The notes: a model not told the origin generated them from the letters alone. Shown: positions 54,846 through 64,000, numbered from the stretch's first letter. The stretch: 64,000 nt of DNA from Anaerolineae bacterium (GCA_049975205.1 JBNGDL010000013.1:12643-76642), one strand, 5' to 3'. Made by a program: numbers and translations.

Positions 54846-57800
54846 CTAGGGCGCTACCACTACTTCGTCGGCGCCCGCGTCGTAGAGATTTCCCTGCGGA
54901 CGGAGATCGCCGTCGATGTCGTCCGCGGGGGCGCTGATACCGTCCTTCGCCATCGCGCCGAGGTCAATCGCGGGTGAGCCAGTCTGTAGATGGAAGTCAC
55001 CCAGCCGATCCACTCGGGTCTCCACTGCGACGATCAGGGCATCGACGAAGTTGGGGTTGCCGCGCCAGGGCATTGCCTGCACGCTGACGTCGAACTCCTC
55101 GAGGACTATCGGATCGCTGCCCACGATGTTAGAGGTGTCGAGAATGGTGCCCGTGGCGACCTGAAGTAGCGAGTTGGTCGGTGCCAGCAAACCCGTGCCA
55201 TCAGCCACGCCTAGGTCCCAGTGGTAGATGGGCGTCAGGTCCCCGGGCTGGCCGATGCCGGCGATGCCGCCGCCGGTCCACGTGCCGGCCCTGTTGTCCC
55301 AGAAGATGTTGTTGAACAGCAGAGGGGAACTGAAGATGGGCGATCCCACCGGCAGGGTGGCCTGCAGAAGCGCGCTGTTGCGCGAGCTGGACAGGCCGGC
55401 CGGAGCGGGTTGCCCGTTGCTGGTCACGGCTGTGGCCGTCGTAACGTTCTTCATCACGGTGTTGTTGTAGAAGCGAACATCTGGTGCGTCGTTGAGCGAC
55501 ACGCCGCCTCCCTCGTGAGTCGAGATGTTGTTGATGATGATGTTGTTGTAGACGTTGTAGGGGAAGTCCCCGGCCATCAGGAAGCGCAGGCCGCCACCAT
55601 CGTCATTGCCCAGATTGGCCTGGATCAGGTTGGCGTAGACGTCCACGGGGCCTGCACCAGGCGAGAGGGTGGCCGGATCGGCCGGCAGTTCGCCGGCGAT
55701 CATGAGGCCGCCGCCCTCGTCGTAGGCGCGGTTGAAGGTAATCCGATTGTGATGGATCGCGCCATTGGGGCTGAGTCCGTAGTGGCTGATGCCCCCACCG
55801 TACTCGGCCGAGAAGTTGCCGCAGATGTCGTTGTAGGCAATCTCGTATCCCTCGGACCCAGAGAACAGACCGATGGCACCCGCCAAGTTCGTGCCGGCGT
55901 TCGCCAGGATACGGTTGTGCGCGATGCGTACGAAGTCGTTCTGGTTGTCGTTGAGCGCGCCCGGTAGGTGCGGCGTGCCCAGGCGAATCGCGCCTGCATA
56001 GGCACCGCCGTTGCTTTGCAGGATGTTGTTCGTGATCTGCAGATAGCGCGCGTAACCGTTGGCGAAGATGCCGCCGCCCTGCACAGCTTGGGCCTCTTTC
56101 AGGGCCGGATCGACGGTTAGGTTGTTAGGGAAGCCCTGTTGATCGCCACCCTGGATCGTGAAGCCGTCGATGCCGGAGGGGCGGCTGGTGCTGAAGTCGC
56201 CATCTTCGGCCAGGATGTAGACCACGGGGCCCTCATAGATGGCCTGGTTGCCGTCCCAGTTCAGGCTTGCCACGAGGGTGCGCCACGCTTCAGCGTAATC
56301 GGTATCGCCTGCCACGCCGCGCCCGTCGATGATGGAGCCGAGGACAGCTTCGTTGGTGTCCGTGTAGACGCCGCCCGGCCCAACACCTTGGAGCATAACC
56401 GGCTCGTACATCACCACGTTCTCATAGTAGACGCCCAGGGGGTTCCACTGAGCGGGTGTGTCGGGGTAGACCACCACGAGCGCCTCGCGATTACTGTTAC
56501 CTCGGGACGCCCTGTCCACACCGGCCTGGATCGTAGGATAATCCCGACCGGGGCCGACCTCGACGACGAGTGGGTTGTAGCCCTGTCCGATGATGTGGAA
56601 GGTCAGACCGTTGACCGTGCTCGCACCAGCTGCATTCGTGATAGCGAGTTGATAACGACCCGCCGCGGTCCCTGCAGGCACCTCCACGTCGATCTGTTGA
56701 TCGGTCCAGTTCAGAATCGTCAGCGGGAGATCTCCAAGCGTGACCTGGCCTTGTACCTCACCGAAGCCGAGGCCCTGGATCGTGAAGATCCCGCTGCTGT
56801 TGCCCCTCAGTTCGAGGTACGGTTGAGAGACGGCGAACAGCTGTGGTTTGGTCGGATCGACGCTGCAATCCGGTGGCGCCTGTTGCGTCGTCGAGGGGTT
56901 CAGCACCCCCGGAACCATCCGCGTGGGCGCTAAGTCAGAAGGCACCATGAGGCCAGACCAGATCTCAAACGTGGCCCCGATCGTGCGGTATTGTGGGTTG
57001 TAGTTCGGGTTGAGCTGTCCAGGCTGCCCGGGGTCGTTGCCCAGCATATAGTACATGCTGGCGCAGACGCCTGAAGGAGAGGGGCAGTTGACTGTGTGCG
57101 TTGAGGGCAAAAGCACCTCGAACGTACCGTTGAAGTCGGAGGTCACCGTGGTAACCAACCGATTGTTGAAGTCATAGATGCCAATGGCGGCATCGGGTAG
57201 GCCGGCCTTCTCCCCGAAGTAGAGACTGCGCTTGTCGGTGGACAGCGTCAGGTCGGAGATAATGTATCCCTTCCACTTTCCGGGGATTGGGACCTCGGTG
57301 AAGAGGGTGAAGGCAGGCGCAATTGACTTGCCGTTGTTCAAGGTGACGAGCTTGGTATCGCAGAGCGGCTTCTCCATACCCTCAAAGGGGCTGCCGCCCT
57401 CAGCCGCGAAGCTGGGGTTCTCGACAGCGTTCGGGCCATCGACGCCGACGCCCGCGACGTCCACCGTGTGAAGCGAACCGGCGCAAGCCGACGGTGGCAC
57501 CGCAGGCTCGTACTGATCGCCACCGAAGACGTTGACGTCCTCCTCGCGCACTACCTGGTACATGGGCCGCCCCAGGGCATCCTCAGGGATGACCACCTCG
57601 ACGAGGTAGTCGCCCGCCGGGATGTCTACCGGCGATGCCAGAGGGGCACCGGTGACCGGATCGGTCACGATCTCAGTGAAGCCCCAGTTTCCGTCCAGGG
57701 TGGCAAAGCCAGACTGGAACTGCGTGCCCATGACGGGGCCCTCCAAACAGCGGTAACCATCGAGATTGTCTGCATCGGGACCATATGGTGGCAGGACTTC

Positions 57801-59810
57801 CTGAACTCCGTCAGGACCAAAGGTCAGGGGATTGCCGTTGGCATCCCGCGCGGTACAGTTCTTGGGCTGCTCCCAGATCTCGGTCTCGGTCTGGTTGAGC
57901 AGGAAACCCTTCTTCAGGGCGCCATCCGCCTCGATCTCGAACTGGCCCGTAGGGTCACATTCCGCACCGGCATTGGTCCCACAGGGCACGGTGGCGTAGA
58001 GGTTCATCGTCAGGCCAGGGATGCCGGGTGACCAGGGCTCAACGGCCTGATAGCGCGGATCATACTCGTTGCGGGTGACGTCGTAGAAGACGGAGCCCAC
58101 GATACCGCCGTTGGTACCGGCCTCGTAGGCGTGAACGCCCCAGTCAAGGCGACCGGGTTGGCCTAGGATGGGCAGGAATCCAACGTCCACCCCATCGCCC
58201 AACACCGTGGTCGGCTCAGGTTGATTGTCGACCTGGTAGGTGATGCCGGTGGTGTAGTAGCGGTCGTTGTAGGCCTCGAGGACCATCCACGAGCCCATAG
58301 GGTAGGCTCTCTCAAAGACGTAGTATCCGGTCGGGTCGGTCGTGGCGGCCACCGTCATGCGGTCGATCTCGCTGTTGTCTCGATCTCGCAGGACGATTGG
58401 GTAGTTCGCCAGGCCGGGCTCACCTGCGTCCTTCTTTCCGTTCTTGTTCAGGTCGTTGAAGACGTAGCCTTCGACCTGTGTGAACCAGCCGGTGAGCATC
58501 TGGGTGCCCATGTCGTAGACTTGGCCATCGGAGACGGTGATTTGGGTCCAGTCGAGGATATAGTGCAGTTTCTCGTCCCACCAGGTGAAGAGGTAGTTGC
58601 CGTCGGGCACGCCCGGAATGTAGAAGGTGCCATCAGGATTGGCCGGGCCGACATATACGGCTGTGTCGCCAGCCTGCAAGTCGGAGAGGGCCACCCAGGC
58701 GTCCTCAATGGGCCCGGTGACCTTGGCACCATTTAGGCCACCCCAGGTGCCGCCCTGGTAGGGTAGGGCGTTCTGCTGGGGTAGATAGACTGAAGCTGCT
58801 GCGATGGTGCCGGAGACGCCTCCGGTGCCGCCCGCCAGGGTGTTCATCGGCTTGGTGAAGCCGAACCAGGTCCACGGGAAAGGTTCGGCGCCGACGACGA
58901 ACTCGTTATCCAGGCCGGTGCCGCCCTCAGCTAGCCAAGTATCGAAGCTCCACGAGCCCTCCAACGTCGTGGTGTGGAGCCAGCCTTCGCCGGCCGGCGG
59001 GGCCACTTCGACGTCATAGCGGTTGGGGCCCAGGTTGGGGATGACGATGTCACCGTTTGCGTCGCTGTAGAGGCAGTCGGTGGTTCCCGTCCCAGGGATG
59101 GGATCTCCGTTGGCGTCGTATTCGGTGCAGAGCGGATTCCCGAAGACGTCCGTGGTGATGTCCCCCGCGGGATCCTTGACAATCGCCATGAAACCGTCCA
59201 GGCCACCCTCAGCCGGGGCGTCATATTGGCCATTGACCGGCGAGATGTCTTCGAAGACTTTGATCCGCATCGTGGCGCCGGGCAGCGGATGGGGCTGTAG
59301 CTCGACCGTTACCGGTCCCTCGAGCGGGACGCTGAAGTGGGCGCCGCCCATCTTGTAGTCCTCTGCCAACACGGAGATGAGGTACTTGCCCGGCGGCAGA
59401 TCGATGCCGGTGCCCAGCACCCCGTTGAAGTCATCTTGATCGCCCTGGGCGTAGATCGGCGCCGCGCCTGGGACCTCCCGAATTGAGGGCCAGTCGCAGC
59501 TATCGGGGTAGTTCGGATCCCTGGTTACGCCATCTTCCAGGTAGGGCGAACACCCGGCCTCGTAGGGTTGGGTGGGGTTGCCCGTGTTGTCGACGTTGAT
59601 AAGGTACTTGTACTCGTTCACGGGGTCACCCTTGAGCACCGCGCCGCCGGGATGGTCCGGTTCGTCGCGGGCACTGACCACGCTCAGGCTCAGCGTGTTG
59701 GTCGCTTGGGCCTCGGCATTCGGCACGTTGGCCCCAATGGCCGGAAGGACGACCATCAGCAGCAGCGCCAGACGAAAGGCAAGCGATAGGATAGATCTCT
59801 TACGTGTCAT
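54846..59810 (-). CDS. Giant (1654 aa) secreted surface protein: Cna-B/SdrD-B-like and carboxypeptidase-regulatory-like domains, IPT/TIG-like domain, right-handed parallel beta-helix
   Basis: Signal peptide ending AEAQA. SdrD-B motif GYVFNDLNKNGKKDAGEPGLANYPIVLRD...TDPTGYYVF. IPT-like segment (IQGLGFG...QIDVEVPAGTAAGRYQL). PbH1-type repeats (NNIIINNISTHEGGGVSL, NRILANAGTNLAGAIGL). C-terminal DIDGDLRPQGNLYDAGADE. Confidence 0.85.
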   Translation of the reverse strand: MTRKRSILSLAFRLALLLMVVLPAIGANVPNAEAQATNTLSLSVVSARDEPDHPGGAVLKGDPVNEYKYLINVDNTGNPTQPYEAGCSPYLEDGVTRDPNYPDSCDWPSIREVPGAAPIYAQGDQDDFNGVLGTGIDLPPGKYLISVLAEDYKMGGAHFSVPLEGPVTVELQPHPLPGATMRIKVFEDISPVNGQYDAPAEGGLDGFMAIVKDPAGDITTDVFGNPLCTEYDANGDPIPGTGTTDCLYSDANGDIVIPNLGPNRYDVEVAPPAGEGWLHTTTLEGSWSFDTWLAEGGTGLDNEFVVGAEPFPWTWFGFTKPMNTLAGGTGGVSGTIAAASVYLPQQNALPYQGGTWGGLNGAKVTGPIEDAWVALSDLQAGDTAVYVGPANPDGTFYIPGVPDGNYLFTWWDEKLHYILDWTQITVSDGQVYDMGTQMLTGWFTQVEGYVFNDLNKNGKKDAGEPGLANYPIVLRDRDNSEIDRMTVAATTDPTGYYVFERAYPMGSWMVLEAYNDRYYTTGITYQVDNQPEPTTVLGDGVDVGFLPILGQPGRLDWGVHAYEAGTNGGIVGSVFYDVTRNEYDPRYQAVEPWSPGIPGLTMNLYATVPCGTNAGAECDPTGQFEIEADGALKKGFLLNQTETEIWEQPKNCTARDANGNPLTFGPDGVQEVLPPYGPDADNLDGYRCLEGPVMGTQFQSGFATLDGNWGFTEIVTDPVTGAPLASPVDIPAGDYLVEVVIPEDALGRPMYQVVREEDVNVFGGDQYEPAVPPSACAGSLHTVDVAGVGVDGPNAVENPSFAAEGGSPFEGMEKPLCDTKLVTLNNGKSIAPAFTLFTEVPIPGKWKGYIISDLTLSTDKRSLYFGEKAGLPDAAIGIYDFNNRLVTTVTSDFNGTFEVLLPSTHTVNCPSPSGVCASMYYMLGNDPGQPGQLNPNYNPQYRTIGATFEIWSGLMVPSDLAPTRMVPGVLNPSTTQQAPPDCSVDPTKPQLFAVSQPYLELRGNSSGIFTIQGLGFGEVQGQVTLGDLPLTILNWTDQQIDVEVPAGTAAGRYQLAITNAAGASTVNGLTFHIIGQGYNPLVVEVGPGRDYPTIQAGVDRASRGNSNREALVVVYPDTPAQWNPLGVYYENVVMYEPVMLQGVGPGGVYTDTNEAVLGSIIDGRGVAGDTDYAEAWRTLVASLNWDGNQAIYEGPVVYILAEDGDFSTSRPSGIDGFTIQGGDQQGFPNNLTVDPALKEAQAVQGGGIFANGYARYLQITNNILQSNGGAYAGAIRLGTPHLPGALNDNQNDFVRIAHNRILANAGTNLAGAIGLFSGSEGYEIAYNDICGNFSAEYGGGISHYGLSPNGAIHHNRITFNRAYDEGGGLMIAGELPADPATLSPGAGPVDVYANLIQANLGNDDGGGLRFLMAGDFPYNVYNNIIINNISTHEGGGVSLNDAPDVRFYNNTVMKNVTTATAVTSNGQPAPAGLSSSRNSALLQATLPVGSPIFSSPLLFNNIFWDNRAGTWTGGGIAGIGQPGDLTPIYHWDLGVADGTGLLAPTNSLLQVATGTILDTSNIVGSDPIVLEEFDVSVQAMPWRGNPNFVDALIVAVETRVDRLGDFHLQTGSPAIDLGAMAKDGISAPADDIDGDLRPQGNLYDAGADEVVVAP

Positions 59811-59904
59811 CTTGACCTCCTAATAGTTTTTCTCGATCATTAGATGGGTGAGTCTCGAAGGTAGGTTTCGCATTTTCACCTCCCAGGAAACCCCAGGATC
59901 CTTG

Positions 59905-60285
59905 TCAGGGTTGTGGACCTTGAGCGATCTTGATGTGTGTCAGCCGACGTAGTTCGGCCAGCAGTTGCTCTGGCCCCTCGGCTTTGGAGAGAAAGCCATC
60001 GGCGCCGGCGGCCAAGGCAGCCTCCTCAGTCTCAGGCCGCCAGCTCAGAACAATGATTCGAGCTGGCAGCTCCAGCGCACGCAGCGCGGACAGCAGTTTG
60101 CCTGCCGGCCAGCCCCTCAACTCCCATTCGAGTAATATCAAGTCCGGCTTGAGCGCCAACGCTTCGGACAACAGGGTGTTGGCTCCTGAGACCTCACCGA
60201 CGATGCTCAGTTCGGGCTCCTCGGCGAGGAACATTCGCAGAGCGTGTCGTACCTTCGGATGGCCATCGGCCAACAACACACGCAT
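59905..60285 (-). CDS. Stand-alone receiver (REC) domain protein, NarL-type, with Glu at the phospho-acceptor position
   Basis: MRVLLADGHP...KPDLILLEWELRG aligns with [12 protein letters not shown] of the 63311 regulator. The acceptor Asp is replaced by Glu53 (codon 60127..60129). There is no output domain. Confidence 0.8.
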   Translation of the reverse strand: MRVLLADGHPKVRHALRMFLAEEPELSIVGEVSGANTLLSEALALKPDLILLEWELRGWPAGKLLSALRALELPARIIVLSWRPETEEAALAAGADGFLSKAEGPEQLLAELRRLTHIKIAQGPQP

Positions 60286-60807
60286 TCGGCGTTTCCTTTC
60301 GACATGCCATAGCCTAGCGCCGGTCGAGGAGCGGCACCCTCACGCTGTCCCGCCTCCCACAACCCTTCTTTCACACGGTCTTAGAGTAAGACAGCGACGC
60401 CTTGAGCACAACGGGCAAAGGGATAGATCGCAGGTCTAGTTAGCCCCTAGACGAAAGGATAGGCCCGGACGCAGCGGCAAGAAGGTCCCCCGTCAACTCC
60501 AAGCGTCAGCAAACCAAAATCAATCGTGTTCCCAACCTAGGTCATCAGCAGACACGCCAAAGCCCTGATAGACTTGAAGGGCAGACAGGCCAAGCGTTAG
60601 CCATCCTGCCGCAGGGAGCACCTTAGGTGATCGACATCAGACTGGGGGCGGATACTTGCTAAGCTGCTTGGAAGGCATTAGGATATGGGTGCACCCCGGA
60701 AGTTGGAGCCACAAGCGAGCTAATCTGACGAAGGGATCCTGGACCATCCGCAAACTCTCTTGGCACTGAAGCCCTCGCAGGGAAAACTGGTGGAGGAGGA
60801 CGAGTAA

Positions 60808-63261
60808 GTGACGCACGCGAAAGCGGAATCGGAGAGAGACGTTCAAGACAAACAAGCGACGCGTCTAGAGGATCACAGCGTCTCTGGAGACCGCCTCATA
60901 GGGTCTGTGTTTGAAGCGCCGGTGGACGCGATCGAACGCAGACCTGTGGAAGACCGCCATCTAGTCTCGGCTCTCCTCAATACCGTGGGGGCGATGGTCG
61001 TCGTACTCGACAGGCAGGGACGTATCATTCTCTTTAACCGAGCGTGCGAGCGCATCACCGACTATTCGGTGGAAGAGGTGGTCGGTAGACGTGTATGGGA
61101 TCTGTTTCTGCTACCCGAAGAGGTGCCAGCGGTTAAAGCTGTCTTCGAGCGACTTCTAAGTGGCGAGTTTCCCCAGGAACACGAGAATCGTTGGGTGACC
61201 AAGGCGGGCGACCGCCGCCTGATTGCCTGGTCGAACACCTCCCTTCATGATGCTGAAGGCGAGGTCGCCTACGTGGTTGGTACCGGCATTGATATCACGG
61301 AGCGTCGGCAAGGGGAGCAGGAGATTGAGAGGCTAGCTAGGTTCCCCAGTGAGAACCCGAACCCCGTTTTGCGAGTCTCAGAGAGTGGTATCCTCCTCTA
61401 TGCCAACCGAGCGAGCTCATCCTTGTTGGATCACTGGGGGTGTCGAGTAGGCTATCCGCTGCCTGACCACTGCCAGGCGTCCGCCTCTGAAGCTCTGCGC
61501 ACCGGATCACGTCAAGACGTTGAAGTGGCGGTGGGGGATCGTGCTCTTGTTCTGGCCTTCGCGCCGGTGGTCGAGCATGGTTACGTGAATGTCTATGGGC
61601 TAGATATCACCGACCGGAAACGCGCGCAGGAGCAGATTCGGCAGCAGAACGAGTTCCTGAGCTCGATCTTGGAATCTGTGACGCACCCCTTATATGTGGT
61701 GAATGTCGCCGATCACACCATCCAGATGGCGAACAGCGCTGCCTATGCCGGTGACTTGCCAGACGGGGCAACGTGTTATCAGCTTTTTCACGGTCTGAGT
61801 GTCCCTTGCTCAGAGGCTGGCTATGCCTGCCCGCTCGAGGAGATCCGAAGAACCAAGGAATCTGTCACTGCCGAGCATGTTCACAGGGAAGATGACGGCT
61901 CCTTGAGGAACGTGGAGGTGCACGGGTATCCTCTCTTGGACGATAGAGGTGAGGTGACCGCGGTGATCGAGTATTGCCTCGACATCACCGAGCGCAAGCA
62001 GATGGAGACAGCGCTGCGTGTAGCCAAAGATGCCGCCGAAGTCGCCCGGCTTGAGGAGCAGCAACGACGTCAGGAGGCGGAGAGGCGCCGCCAGATCGCT
62101 GAGAGCCTCACCGATGTGCTGGCTGCTCTCAACTCCAATCAACCTCTGGAGCGAATCCTGGATGCGATCGCGGAGCAGGCCAGTCAGTTGCTCGAGACCG
62201 AGGGGGTGGCTATCTGCCGGCTTGATAGAGAGCAGAATGCTCTCGTCGTCGAGGCAACTCGCTGTCTGTCGCACTATCTTTACCGCGGCAGCGATTCCCC
62301 TCCGGGTGGCGAGGTGCTGTTGGAGGCGGTGGCGCGCCGCGAACCAGCGGTGGTGTCGGATCTGACCATGGACCAGCCCGCGGAGGCGCCGGTGGGGGAG
62401 GCGTCTGGCGCGGTGGATGAATGTGACGCATATCCGTTCAGGGCCGTGCTCGCCACGCCCGTTGTCGTACAGGATGAGGTCTATGGCGGGATTCTGCTCT
62501 ATCACCGGCACCCGCGTTCGTTCGACGCTCAAGAGATCGAGCTGGCTGCTGTCTTCAGTGATCAGGTCGCCCTCGCCGTGGAGAATGCGAGATTGAGAGA
62601 GCAGATCCAGGAGGCGGCCACAACCGCGGAACGACATCGTCTGGCTCGCGATCTGCACGACTCAGTGACCCAAGCGCTTTTCTCAGCCAGCCTGGTGGCT
62701 GAGACCTTGTCACGCGTATGGGACCGGGATCCAGGGGAGGCGAAGCAGGGTCTCGAAGAGCTTCGCGATCTTACGCGTGGCGCGCTAGCCGAGATGCGGA
62801 CCCTGCTCGTCGAGCTCCGTCCCTCTGCTTTGCTGGAAGCGAAGTTGGATGACCTGCTCCTACAGCTGTCCAAGGCGGTTACCAGTAGGGCTCAGTTGCC
62901 TGTTGTGACGGAGATTGCGCCCAGCCCGGCTTTGCCGCCGGATGTTCAGGTCACGTTCTATCGTGTCGCTCAAGAGGCGCTCAACAACGCCGTCAAGCAT
63001 GCAGGAGCCAAGCGTCTGACAGTCAGTTTGCAGGTGGCCCCTCCGTTATCCGGTCAGCGGGGAGACGGTTGGCAGGGTCAGCTGGTGTTGTGTGTTAGCG
63101 ACGACGGCAAGGGCTTTGAGGTAGATCGGATACCCCCAGCCCATCTTGGGTTGGGCATTATGCGCGAGCGGGCCGAAGCCATTGGGGCGCGTCTGAGCGT
63201 TGAGAGTCGAGTTCATAAGGGGACGGACGTGACCCTCGTCTGGGAAGGGAGGCAGCCGTGA
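60808..63261 (+). CDS. Cytoplasmic multi-PAS/GAF sensor histidine kinase (HisKA_3/NarL-type)
   Basis: GTG start with a GGAGGAGG RBS. Three PAS-like modules, one with ENPNPV and one with CY..H....PC......CP. GAF domain. H-box LARDLHDSVTQ. DDGKGF and GLGIMRERA. Confidence 0.9.
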   Translation: MTHAKAESERDVQDKQATRLEDHSVSGDRLIGSVFEAPVDAIERRPVEDRHLVSALLNTVGAMVVVLDRQGRIILFNRACERITDYSVEEVVGRRVWDLFLLPEEVPAVKAVFERLLSGEFPQEHENRWVTKAGDRRLIAWSNTSLHDAEGEVAYVVGTGIDITERRQGEQEIERLARFPSENPNPVLRVSESGILLYANRASSSLLDHWGCRVGYPLPDHCQASASEALRTGSRQDVEVAVGDRALVLAFAPVVEHGYVNVYGLDITDRKRAQEQIRQQNEFLSSILESVTHPLYVVNVADHTIQMANSAAYAGDLPDGATCYQLFHGLSVPCSEAGYACPLEEIRRTKESVTAEHVHREDDGSLRNVEVHGYPLLDDRGEVTAVIEYCLDITERKQMETALRVAKDAAEVARLEEQQRRQEAERRRQIAESLTDVLAALNSNQPLERILDAIAEQASQLLETEGVAICRLDREQNALVVEATRCLSHYLYRGSDSPPGGEVLLEAVARREPAVVSDLTMDQPAEAPVGEASGAVDECDAYPFRAVLATPVVVQDEVYGGILLYHRHPRSFDAQEIELAAVFSDQVALAVENARLREQIQEAATTAERHRLARDLHDSVTQALFSASLVAETLSRVWDRDPGEAKQGLEELRDLTRGALAEMRTLLVELRPSALLEAKLDDLLLQLSKAVTSRAQLPVVTEIAPSPALPPDVQVTFYRVAQEALNNAVKHAGAKRLTVSLQVAPPLSGQRGDGWQGQLVLCVSDDGKGFEVDRIPPAHLGLGIMRERAEAIGARLSVESRVHKGTDVTLVWEGRQP

Positions 63262-63310
63262 CGCTTGGTCGACCGTGGTCCTTGAAGATGTGCCGAGATA
63301 GGAGGATCTA

Positions 63311-63955
63311 GTGGCTGGAACAGGTCCGATTCGCGTTCTCATTGTTGATGACCATGCCATGCTGCGTAGGGGATTGAAGTTCTTCCTACGGGGTTTTGAC
63401 GACCTTGAACTGGTGGGCGAAGCGGCTTCCGCGGAGGAGGCGATAAGGCTGTGTGCCGAGATCGAACCGGATGTGGTTTTGATGGATATGGTCTTACCCG
63501 GGATCGATGGGGCTGAGGCTACTCGGATGATTCGCAGTCGGTTGCCCGCTGTCCAGGTCATTGCGCTGACCAGCTTTCAGGAGGAGGATTTGGTCGAGAG
63601 GGCGCTGCAGGCGGGCGCCATCGGCTACCTGCTAAAGAACGTAGAGGCGGATGATCTAGCTGCCGCTATTCGGGCGGCCCATCATGGTCGGTCGACTCTG
63701 GCGCCGGAGGCTACCGAGATCCTGATCCAGGCCACGCGCGAGCGGGCAGACCAACCGCACTACGATCTCACAGAGCGGGAGGCCGAGGTTCTGGATCTGA
63801 TGGCTGAGGGGCTTTCGAATGCCGAGATTGCCGAACGGTTGGTGATCAGCGTCGCCACGGTCAAGTTCCACGTGAGCGGCATCCTCTCAAAGCTGGGGGT
63901 TGACAGCCGGACGGAGGCCGTGAGCCTGGCATGGCGGGAGCACCTCGTCTCCTAA
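63311..63955 (+). CDS. NarL/LuxR-family response regulator
   Basis: Receiver domain ([19 protein letters not shown]) plus LuxR HTH ([36 protein letters not shown]). GTG start with an AGGAGGA RBS. Confidence 0.9.
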   Translation: MAGTGPIRVLIVDDHAMLRRGLKFFLRGFDDLELVGEAASAEEAIRLCAEIEPDVVLMDMVLPGIDGAEATRMIRSRLPAVQVIALTSFQEEDLVERALQAGAIGYLLKNVEADDLAAAIRAAHHGRSTLAPEATEILIQATRERADQPHYDLTEREAEVLDLMAEGLSNAEIAERLVISVATVKFHVSGILSKLGVDSRTEAVSLAWREHLVS

Positions 63956-64000
63956 CGGCATCAACTATCCCAACGCTCCGTTGTAGCTTCACGTAGCCCT

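Noticed and set aside
1-64000. Search for tRNA/rRNA genes, CRISPR arrays, IS elements, integrases, toxin-antitoxin or known defence-system genes
   Set aside because: I found no T-loop/cloverleaf candidates in intergenic regions. There are no regularly spaced direct repeats, no transposase/integrase/recombinase-like ORFs, and no nuclease/helicase/methylase defence signatures.

Overview
GC-rich, densely coding bacterial chromosomal window. Gene content suggests a Chloroflexota-like organism, but that is only a guess. I support about 50 CDS. I recognised no rRNA, tRNA, CRISPR array, transposase or integrase. Many long ORFs in the track are antisense artefacts of high GC. Several track ORFs start too far upstream, and I re-set those starts using RBS position and family N-termini.

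Left to right:
(1) 1-7164, minus strand: operon-like block with two paralogous DUF2207-like membrane proteins (one ends in an alternating Cys-Ala tail), a degenerate pseudo radical-SAM/SPASM protein, a MetH-activation-domain-like protein, a polytopic membrane protein, a bona fide RRE-fused radical SAM/SPASM enzyme, and a zinc-ribbon membrane protein.
(2) 7.3-16.6 kb: housekeeping and accessory genes (lipoprotein serpin, PK_C-like protein, homocysteine S-methyltransferase, AIM24/TIGR00266, DegV, GNAT-like, GPH transporter, orphan OFOR beta-gamma fusion).
(3) 16.8-21.7 kb: GldA-like ABC ATPase, GldF-GldG-like fusion and DUF4340 protein.
(4) 21.9-30.4 kb: malQ, ZIP transporter, OmpR-type two-component pair with DUF4405 and a secreted protein, AKR, Rieske protein, TIGR01777 SDR.
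(5) 30.5-34.0 kb: light module with a CarH/LitR-like B12 photoreceptor regulator, a PTP-type phosphatase and a photolyase. Consensus promoters here are overlapped by CarH-type 11-bp direct repeats.
(6) 34.3-43.8 kb: three tandem alpha/beta hydrolases, CofE-like and PNPOx-like proteins, a metzincin with ricin lectin domains, a dynamin-like GTPase and a DUF523-DUF1722 protein.
(7) 43.98-63.96 kb: the most unusual block. A minus-strand run encodes an atypical stand-alone receiver, a 1654-aa beta-helix surface protein, three paralogous two-cupredoxin multicopper-oxidase-like proteins, a small membrane-anchored protein and two S8 proteases. A PAS/GAF NarL-type two-component pair is transcribed divergently from it.

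In block 7 the copper ligands appear split between two adjacent genes, and the third paralog is ligand-free but carries four Ig-like repeats. My top candidates for undescribed biology are this split multicopper-oxidase surface cluster and the rSAM/pseudo-rSAM/Cys-Ala-tail operon. All family assignments are by-eye motif recognition and need HMM or BLAST confirmation.
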